A stretch of DNA of 64,000 nucleotides from Peptococcaceae bacterium UBA5318 (GTDB lineage: Bacteria; Bacillota; Peptococcia; DRI-13; UBA5318): NCBI GenBank assembly GCA_002408285.1, contig DHRG01000049.1, forward strand, positions 5,647 through 69,646, read 5' to 3'. The position numbers and the translations under genes are program-made. Under the pieces are notes generated by a model that saw nothing but the letters and a program-made list of their open reading frames with translations, had not been told where the DNA came from and searched no databases. The stretch's first letter is position 1. Each line of letters starts with the position of its first letter. Below are positions 57,435-64,000 of the stretch, piece after piece.

Positions 57435-58363
57435 AGCCTGACCTTACCGTTTTTTTGGCCGGTATCAAGATGAAAAATCCTGTCATGACAGCATCCGGGA
57501 CCTATGGGTTTGGAGATGCTTATACCGATTTTTATGCCCTGGGGGAATTAGGCGCCTTGGTGGTGAAAGGAGTGACCTTGGAGCCGCGCCGGGGAAATCC
57601 GCCTCCCCGTTTGGCTGAAACGCCTGCCGGCCTTCTCAATTCTATTGGCTTGGAGAACCCGGGGGTGGAGGCGGTGTTGAAACATTATCTGCCCGGCTTG
57701 TCCCAGGCGGGTACGCCTGTTATTGTCAACATTGCCGGAAATAGCATAGACGACTATGTCCGGGTGGCTGAGCGCCTGCATGCTTCCCCCGTGGTCAAAG
57801 CCCTGGAAGTCAATATTTCCTGTCCGAATGTCAAATGCGGCGGCTTGGCTTTTGGCAGTGAGCCTGGGATGGCTTCCCAGGTTATCGGGGCGGTCAAACG
57901 GCATTCCCGCCTGCCGGTGATCGCCAAGCTTTCCCCCAATGTGACCGATATAGGAGAAATAGCCTTGGCTGTAGAAGAGGCTGGCGCGGATGCAATTTCG
58001 CTCATTAATACGCTGGTGGGCATGAAGATAGACATAAAAAAAAGAAGGCCCGCGCTGGCCAACCTGGTGGGCGGACTTTCGGGACCTGCCGTAAGGCCGG
58101 TGGCGGTGCGCATGGTTTATGAAGTATCTCAAAAAGTGAAGGTCCCCCTGATCGGCTTGGGAGGGATCATCACAGCGGAGGACGCTCTGGAATTCATCAT
58201 GGCCGGGGCTTCCGCAGTGGCCGTAGGCACAGGGAATTTTATCAATCCCTGCTGCTGCCGCGAGATCATTGCAGGACTGACGGCTTATTGTGAAACTAAC
58301 AAAATAGCAAATATCACGGCTTTGACGGGAGCCGCTTGGAGGTATGACGATGGATCCTGCTGA
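57431..58363 (+). CDS. pyrD: Dihydroorotate dehydrogenase, class 1B catalytic subunit
   Basis: ATG at 57431 overlaps the pyrK stop; 57425 is also possible. Motifs are NPVMTASGT, NISCPN and GLSGPA. Confidence 0.9.
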   Translation: MKPDLTVFLAGIKMKNPVMTASGTYGFGDAYTDFYALGELGALVVKGVTLEPRRGNPPPRLAETPAGLLNSIGLENPGVEAVLKHYLPGLSQAGTPVIVNIAGNSIDDYVRVAERLHASPVVKALEVNISCPNVKCGGLAFGSEPGMASQVIGAVKRHSRLPVIAKLSPNVTDIGEIALAVEEAGADAISLINTLVGMKIDIKKRRPALANLVGGLSGPAVRPVAVRMVYEVSQKVKVPLIGLGGIITAEDALEFIMAGASAVAVGTGNFINPCCCREIIAGLTAYCETNKIANITALTGAAWRYDDGSC

Positions 58364-59066
58364 TAAAATGATTGTGGCCTTGGATTATGCAAGCTGGCCG
58401 GAAGCGGAGGAACTGGTCAAAGCCCTTCCAAACGTGAAGTTTTTTAAAGTAGGGCTGGAATTGTACCTTGGAAGCTCAGGTTTAGCTGTACCGAAGCTTA
58501 GAGGGATGGGCAAAGAGGTCTTTTTGGATCTCAAGTTTCACGATATCCCCCATACCGTAGCTCAGGCCGCCCGGCGGGCTGTAAGCCAGGGGGTTTCCAT
58601 CTTCAACCTGCACGCTGCCGGAGGCCGGGAGATGATGGTCAAAGCGGCCCAGGCGACTTGCGAACAGGCCGATATCCTGAAAGTCAAAAAACCCTTACTC
58701 CTTGCGGTCACAGTCCTGACAAGCCTAAATGAGCAGGATCTGAGTGAAATAGGGTTGGGGCGCGTTGCAGAAACAGTGGCTACCTGGGCCGCTATGGCTC
58801 AAAAAGCGGGTTTGGACGGAGTTGTAGCTTCACCTTGGGAAATAAAAATGATCCGGGAAACGTGCGGACCTGATTTTACCATTATTTGTCCTGGAGTGCG
58901 GCCTGTCTGGTCGGCGTCCGGCGACCAAAAACGGATCCTTACACCGGGCGAAGCCATTTCCCAGGGGGCTGACTATCTGGTGATCGGACGGCCTATTACG
59001 CGATCTGGAGATCCCAGGGAAGCAGCCGCAAAAATATTGCACGAAATCGAAACAGCCGGGTTATAA
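58344..59066 (+). CDS. pyrF: Orotidine-5-phosphate decarboxylase
   Basis: IVALD and DLKFHDIPHT. Confidence 0.95.
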   Translation: MTMDPADKMIVALDYASWPEAEELVKALPNVKFFKVGLELYLGSSGLAVPKLRGMGKEVFLDLKFHDIPHTVAQAARRAVSQGVSIFNLHAAGGREMMVKAAQATCEQADILKVKKPLLLAVTVLTSLNEQDLSEIGLGRVAETVATWAAMAQKAGLDGVVASPWEIKMIRETCGPDFTIICPGVRPVWSASGDQKRILTPGEAISQGADYLVIGRPITRSGDPREAAAKILHEIETAGL

Positions 59067-59088
59067 AGATAGAAAGGATGAGAAAAAA

Positions 59089-59667
59089 ATGGATTCGATC
59101 ACAGTTTTAGAAATGTTAAAGAGTGTAGACGCCGTCCGGGAGGGCCATTTTAAATTCTCCTCCGGCCTGCATGGCGAAGTTTATGTACAATGCGCCCTCC
59201 TTTTAAAAGAGCCGGATTTGACGGGTAAAATATGTGCGGCCCTGGCCGACCATTTTCGCAAAGAACAACCGGAAATAGTAGTAGGACCGGCCATGGGAGG
59301 AGTTATCGCAGCCTATGAAACGGCGCGTCAATTAGGTGTGCCGGGGATTTTTGCCGAGCGGGAAAACGGGAAGATGACTCTGCGCAGGAACTTTTCTGTC
59401 AAGCCCGGACAGCGGGTACTGGTAGTGGAAGACGTAATCACTACGGGAGGTTCCTCCCAGGAGGTTGTAGACATGTTGGAGAGCCGGGGCGCCGTTGTGA
59501 TCGGAGTCGGGTCTATTGTGGACCGGAGCAATGGCACGGCCAAGCTTTCCGTACCCTTTTATTCCCTGCTGAAAATCAAGGTTAACAATTATGATCCTGC
59601 CGAGTGTCCGTTGTGTAAAGCGGGGAGGCCCCTCTACCGTCCGGGCAGCCGGGATATCAGTAAATGA
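59089..59667 (+). CDS. pyrE: Orotate phosphoribosyltransferase
   Basis: PRPP motif VLVVEDVITTGGS. Confidence 0.95.
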   Translation: MDSITVLEMLKSVDAVREGHFKFSSGLHGEVYVQCALLLKEPDLTGKICAALADHFRKEQPEIVVGPAMGGVIAAYETARQLGVPGIFAERENGKMTLRRNFSVKPGQRVLVVEDVITTGGSSQEVVDMLESRGAVVIGVGSIVDRSNGTAKLSVPFYSLLKIKVNNYDPAECPLCKAGRPLYRPGSRDISK

Positions 59668-59690
59668 TCCTGTATCTATCCGCCACAGGG

Positions 59691-60911
59691 TCAAATTATG
59701 TACACAAGATAACTGTAAAAGCAAGCAAAAGCCAGGATCAGTGCCAGCGGGAGGAAAACTTTACGGTACGTTTTGGCGAAATTGGCCGAGAAGTGTTCAA
59801 TGGACATAATAAAACATAAGTGCAGGGGCGATATCATAAGACCGACGTAGGCTGCGGCAAAAGCCAGACTTGTCAGCCCCGGCAGTTGACCGGGAGTAGC
59901 TATCGTGAGTACCATCGGCATGGCAACGGTGACGCCCGAGATCGTCATCCCTGTTAAAGCGCTCATCAAGAACGCCAGAATAACAATCAGGAGGATAGGA
60001 CTAATGTTTATTGTTTGAGTATAATTGAGTATTTGTTGAATGCTGCCGCTGATAACCAGGATATCACGAAGATAGATAGCCCCAAAAACCATGTAGAGGA
60101 GCTTAGGTAAAAAAGAGCTTTTCAGCATGGGCCAAAGGAGAGGGGCCGGGACCCGGCGCAAAAAAACGTTGATAATATAAAGCACTATATCGACAGCCAA
60201 AAGAGCCAGCAGGATATGGATATCAAAGGCCATAACGAGAAACATGATCGTAAGTATAGGAAACAATCCTTCCAGGATCTGTTTCCAGGCTTCCCGCGTA
60301 AAATCCCTTTTTTTTTCGTAAGCGGGCGGAGAAATTTTCCTGAAATTGAGCAGCCCAATCAGCAATGCGGCGATGGTATACGGGAACATTAAGAGCAAAA
60401 ATTTGCTAAAAGGGATCTGTAAAATTTCCACCGCCAAGATGTTGGCGGGGTATAAAGGAAGGGAAAACTCCCAGATGTGGCGATACCAGTAATTAACGGC
60501 GGCTTTTTGCTCTCTGTCCGCTTCAATACCCTGGGAGGCTTCTTCCACTAAAGGGGCCGAGAATCTGGCCCCGCCCGGGGAAGGGAGCATCCCGATGATG
60601 GCGGGCAGCGCGGCCATGGCGAAACGGGGATCGCCGGAAAGATTTTTCAAACCGGAAACCAGGCGGTTAAGACTGCCGGAATGCCGCATGATATTTTCCA
60701 GCAGGCTGATAAGAAAAAGAGCCCCGAACAAAGTTAAGGTGGAAGTCGAGGTAAGAGAAGTATAGATATTTATGCCTAAGTTGAGCGGGGAAACATCGTG
60801 CAAAAGCCCAAAGAGCAAGGCGCTCAAAAATAAAACATGGCCTATTTGCAGATTCTTTTTTGCTATATAGGCTAGAAAAGCCAAAACAGCGAGATCTTTG
60901 AGCGCTTCCAA
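59691..60911 (-). CDS. DUF401-family polytopic membrane protein (putative transporter)
   Basis: 406 aa with about 10-12 TMs. The family assignment is from memory. Confidence 0.6.
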   Translation of the reverse strand: MEALKDLAVLAFLAYIAKKNLQIGHVLFLSALLFGLLHDVSPLNLGINIYTSLTSTSTLTLFGALFLISLLENIMRHSGSLNRLVSGLKNLSGDPRFAMAALPAIIGMLPSPGGARFSAPLVEEASQGIEADREQKAAVNYWYRHIWEFSLPLYPANILAVEILQIPFSKFLLLMFPYTIAALLIGLLNFRKISPPAYEKKRDFTREAWKQILEGLFPILTIMFLVMAFDIHILLALLAVDIVLYIINVFLRRVPAPLLWPMLKSSFLPKLLYMVFGAIYLRDILVISGSIQQILNYTQTINISPILLIVILAFLMSALTGMTISGVTVAMPMVLTIATPGQLPGLTSLAFAAAYVGLMISPLHLCFIMSIEHFSANFAKTYRKVFLPLALILAFACFYSYLVYII

Positions 60912-61057
60912 AAAAACTCATTCCTTTCAAGAAAGGGTCAGTGCAGAGGACCTCTTTTATTTTACTATAAAATAAGTTGGATTTGTTAGATGCTACGTAT
61001 TAAAATAATACTGCAGCCGGAGCTGCTAAAGGAGATTAAACGAAGGAGGCGGCATTT

Positions 61058-61645
61058 ATGGAAAATAAAGGATATGTACAAGTATATACCGGCAATGGAA
61101 AAGGTAAGACTACGGCAGCCATAGGGTTGACAATGCGGGCGTTAGGCGCGGGAAAAAAGGTGTATTTTCTGCAATTCATGAAGGCTAAAGTCTACAGTGA
61201 GCATAAGATTCTGCCGGATATTTCCCCGAATTTGACCTTGGAAACCGTCGGAAAGCCTTTTTTTGTCATGAAGGAAGGCAGTATGCCGGAAGAAGAACTG
61301 ATAAAGTGGAAGGATAAGGCGGTTATTTTTCCGCCGGGCAACCCGCCGCAGGAGTACCTTGACCTCATTCAAAAGGGCATTGAAAAAGCCAGGGCGGCCC
61401 TGACTAGCGGCGAGTATGATTTAGTGGTCCTGGATGAGATCAACGTGGCCCTGCATTTTGACCTGGTTTGCTGGGAAACGGTGAAAAAGCTCCTGGACGA
61501 ACGCAAGAGCTCCGTAGAGGTAGTTCTCACCGGCAGGGGTGCGCCGCAGCAATTGATCGACAAGGCGGATCTGGTGACGGAAATGCGGGAAATCAAGCAT
61601 TATTATACCCAAGGGGTAAACGCCAGGACCGGAATGGAAAATTAG
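61058..61645 (+). CDS. cobO: Cob(I)yrinic acid a,c-diamide adenosyltransferase
   Basis: YTGNGKGKTTAA and FLQFMK. Confidence 0.9.
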   Translation: MENKGYVQVYTGNGKGKTTAAIGLTMRALGAGKKVYFLQFMKAKVYSEHKILPDISPNLTLETVGKPFFVMKEGSMPEEELIKWKDKAVIFPPGNPPQEYLDLIQKGIEKARAALTSGEYDLVVLDEINVALHFDLVCWETVKKLLDERKSSVEVVLTGRGAPQQLIDKADLVTEMREIKHYYTQGVNARTGMEN

Positions 61646-61651
61646 ACTTCA

Positions 61652-62335
61652 TCAGGGATAGGTATCCCATCTGTTTTTCTTCTTCATTATCAGCATGAGT
61701 ATCATACCGGATAAGAAACCGCCAATATGGGCCCACCAAGCTACTGAGTTACTCATAAGCCCAATACTGGTAAGGCCGTTGAAAAGCTGCAGGATAAACC
61801 AGAACAACAAAAAATAGACGGCGGGAATATCCCGGATGGTGATAAATATAAATATGACCAGAAGAGAAGTGATCCTGGACCGCGGAAAGGTGATGATATA
61901 AGCGCCTAAAACCCCGGCGATAGCTCCGCTGGCTCCCACTAAAGGGACTGGGGATAAAGGGTCGATGAGGACATGGGACAGGTTGGCTATAATACCGCAC
62001 AGGAGGTAGAAAACAAGAAAGCGGCCACGCCCCAGCCTGTCTTCGATATTATCCCCGAAGATCCATAAATACAGCATGTTGAAAATGACATGAAACCAGC
62101 CGCCATGCAAAAATAAGGATGTAACCAGCGGGGGATAGAGGACCGCCGACCAAAAAGAAGATTGCAGGCGTTCGGTGAGGAAGACCGGAACGAGCGCGTA
62201 TTGATGAAGAAACCGGTCTTCTTGAACAAGCGTCATGGCCCCTTGCTGAAAATATATGTATAAATTCACGATAATCAAAAGAACTGTGATGATGGGAAAA
62301 CTACGGGAACGGGTACTGTCACGCAGTGGTATCAT
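61652..62335 (-). CDS. Rhomboid-family intramembrane serine protease
   Basis: HGGWFH, GASGAIAGVLG (catalytic Ser) and HIGGFLSG (catalytic His). Confidence 0.9.
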   Translation of the reverse strand: MIPLRDSTRSRSFPIITVLLIIVNLYIYFQQGAMTLVQEDRFLHQYALVPVFLTERLQSSFWSAVLYPPLVTSLFLHGGWFHVIFNMLYLWIFGDNIEDRLGRGRFLVFYLLCGIIANLSHVLIDPLSPVPLVGASGAIAGVLGAYIITFPRSRITSLLVIFIFITIRDIPAVYFLLFWFILQLFNGLTSIGLMSNSVAWWAHIGGFLSGMILMLIMKKKNRWDTYP

Positions 62336-62497
62336 ATTATTACCTATAATAGCGTTGTTCTCTATTAGGAGGACGGCGCTATTATTTTTCTCCTTTCAAT
62401 CCTACTTAACCTTTAATAGTTATTCGCCTCATAATTATTCTATCAGATATCATTTTGTTATATTCCCTTAAAAATCCTTAAAAACTTTTATAATAAC

Positions 62498-62526
62498 TTT
62501 ACACTAACGTATTTATTTTGTATAAT
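62498..62526 (+). promoter_or_regulatory. Sigma-A promoter driving a ~190-nt leader upstream of oadG
   Basis: TTTACA-17 nt-TATAAT. Confidence 0.55.
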
Positions 62527-62715
62527 GTATACGGCAGCGGAGCAGGAAAAGGTGGAATGAAAATTTTAGGTCGGTGGATGTGTTGGCGAGTGCGTTAAAG
62601 TTGTCTGGGGCAATAAACTTTCCTTGCCGCTTGCTCTTATTTTTGTCTAAAAACAGGTTTGCCTATATAAATATTTTTTGTTTTTCTAATACGGGCGAAA
62701 GGAGATGTAAGGAAG

Positions 62716-63057
62716 ATGGAAGCTTTAACTTTTGGTTTAACTGTCGCTGTCATAGGTATGTCAATCGTTTTTATTGAATTAATATTTCTTGTATTCATAA
62801 TTAAAGGAATCAGTTGGGCTACCTGCAGCTTCGGTCAAAAAAAAAATAAAATAGAGGCTGCGGAAATTGAAACGTGTGCGGTTATACCTGAACAAAGCGG
62901 TATCAGCGAAGAAGAAGTGGTTGTAATCAGCGCTGCCATTGCCCACCTTTTGACAGGTAGAACGAGGATCAAGACTATAACCCGTAAACCGGGAATAGGG
63001 CTGAATCCCTGGACCATGGCCGGAAGCATGGAGATTATGCAGGCAAGACAAATTTAA
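62716..63057 (+). CDS. oadG: Sodium-pump decarboxylase gamma subunit (OadG family)
   Basis: 113 aa with the N-terminal TM LTVAVIGMSIVFIELIFLVFII, followed by the beta-subunit gene. Confidence 0.75.
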   Translation: MEALTFGLTVAVIGMSIVFIELIFLVFIIKGISWATCSFGQKKNKIEAAEIETCAVIPEQSGISEEEVVVISAAIAHLLTGRTRIKTITRKPGIGLNPWTMAGSMEIMQARQI

Positions 63058-63144
63058 GAAAAATATGCTGTCGACGCTGCTGGTACATACTAGTTGTGTT
63101 TGGTATGACAGTGGTAGGAATAAAGAAAGGGGCTGTACAATTCA

Positions 63145-64000
63145 ATGCATATAGATTTAGGAGAGGCCGTTTATAAGTTGGCGATTAGCACAGGCTTTGC
63201 GAATATAACCTGGCAGCAGATGCTGATGATAGCAATATCGTTTGTCTTAATGTACCTGGCTATTGTCCGGGGCTTTGAACCCTTGCTGCTCTTACCCATT
63301 GGCTTTGGGATGCTGCTGGCTAATTTACCTTTAGCCAATATGATGGCTCCTCAGCAAATGGTATTGAATCCCGTTACCGGGAAAGAGGAAATACAATTCG
63401 GGGGCTTGTTGTGGTATTTATATCAGGGTGTAAAATTAGGTATTTATCCGCCCTTAATTTTCATGGGTGTGGGAGCGATGACCGACTTCGGGCCGCTAAT
63501 TGCTAATCCCAAGACATTATTATTGGGAGCCGCCGCCCAGCTCGGTATTTTTACTACATTTATAGGGGCTCTTCTCCTTGGCTTTACCCCCCAGGAAGCG
63601 GGTTCTATAGGTATTATCGGCGGAGCTGACGGCCCCACGGCTATTTTCGTCACTACCCGTTTAGCGCCGCACCTTTTGGGGGCCATTGCCATTGCCGCCT
63701 ATTCTTATATGGCGCTGGTACCCATTATTCAGCCGCCTATTATGCGGCTGCTCACTACGAAGAAAATGCGGATGGTTGTTATGGAGCAGCTTCGTCCCGT
63801 TTCCAAGACGGAACGAATTATTTTCCCTATTGCCTGCGCAGTCATTGTATCGCTGCTGCTGCCTGATGCGGCTCCTCTAATCGGTATGCTTATGTTGGGG
63901 AATATTTTCCGGGAATCAGGTGTGGTGGGGCGCCTTAGCGACACCGCGCAAAACGCCTTGATGAACATTATTACCATCTTTTTAGGCGTTACGGTGGGGG
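63145..64000 (+). CDS. oadB: Sodium ion-translocating decarboxylase beta subunit (OadB/GcdB/MmdB), 5-prime partial, runs off the window
   Basis: This open frame is absent from the track because it has no stop. My own translation gives ...RGFEPLLLLPIGFGMLLANLP...IYPPLIFMGVGAMTDFGPLIANP...IGGADGPTAIF... An in-frame TTG at 63178 is an alternative start. Confidence 0.85.
   Translation, partial: MHIDLGEAVYKLAISTGFANITWQQMLMIAISFVLMYLAIVRGFEPLLLLPIGFGMLLANLPLANMMAPQQMVLNPVTGKEEIQFGGLLWYLYQGVKLGIYPPLIFMGVGAMTDFGPLIANPKTLLLGAAAQLGIFTTFIGALLLGFTPQEAGSIGIIGGADGPTAIFVTTRLAPHLLGAIAIAAYSYMALVPIIQPPIMRLLTTKKMRMVVMEQLRPVSKTERIIFPIACAVIVSLLLPDAAPLIGMLMLGNIFRESGVVGRLSDTAQNALMNIITIFLGVTVG

Noticed and set aside
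60912-61057. Possible cobalamin riboswitch upstream of cobO.
   Set aside because: The 146-bp intergenic region is AT-rich with no recognisable B12-box or extended structure.
62574-62777. 67-aa ORF in the oadG leader.
   Set aside because: It has a non-ATG start and no SD, and it overlaps the oadG start. The region is better explained as untranslated leader.

Overview
This 64-kb chromosomal window is densely coding, about 60 genes on both strands, with no rRNA, tRNA, CRISPR array or transposase that I could recognise. Gene content points to a spore-forming Firmicute (Clostridia-like): YjcZ-type tiny sporulation peptides, a DUF421/DUF4363 pair, DegV, LytS/LytTR, PyrK plus class-1B PyrD, and a PyrR-type attenuator. 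Most of it is housekeeping. That includes a split chromate transporter, trmB-rsmF-rsuA, ilvD, a PPi-type phosphofructokinase, a metal ABC importer with an in-operon Fur-family regulator, asd plus aspartokinase, an aminotransferase, a pyrBCKDFE operon, cobO, a rhomboid protease, and the start of a Na+-pump decarboxylase locus (oadG/oadB). Several regions deserve a second look:
- A low-GC insert carries a single-chain nuclease-methylase-specificity (Type IIG-like) RM gene. It is split by one extra C in a C7 run that lies exactly in its NPPY catalytic motif.
- An uncharacterised cluster at 1.3-3.5 kb has two paralogous coiled-coil proteins, an Hsp20-like protein and two unannotated tiny membrane peptides.
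- An accessory heat-shock island, dnaK-dnaJ-cbpM-clpB plus hsp20, has CtsR-like heptad repeats at both promoters and no CIRCE element.
- A soluble Rossmann-MCP fusion.
- A 1622-aa alpha-2-macroglobulin-like protein with a disrupted thioester motif.
- A three-gene split activase/DUF2229 module with no dehydratase partner.
- A LytS/LytTR-CstA module.
- A long structured leader in front of oadG.
All calls rest on motif reading and the ORF track. No database search was run.
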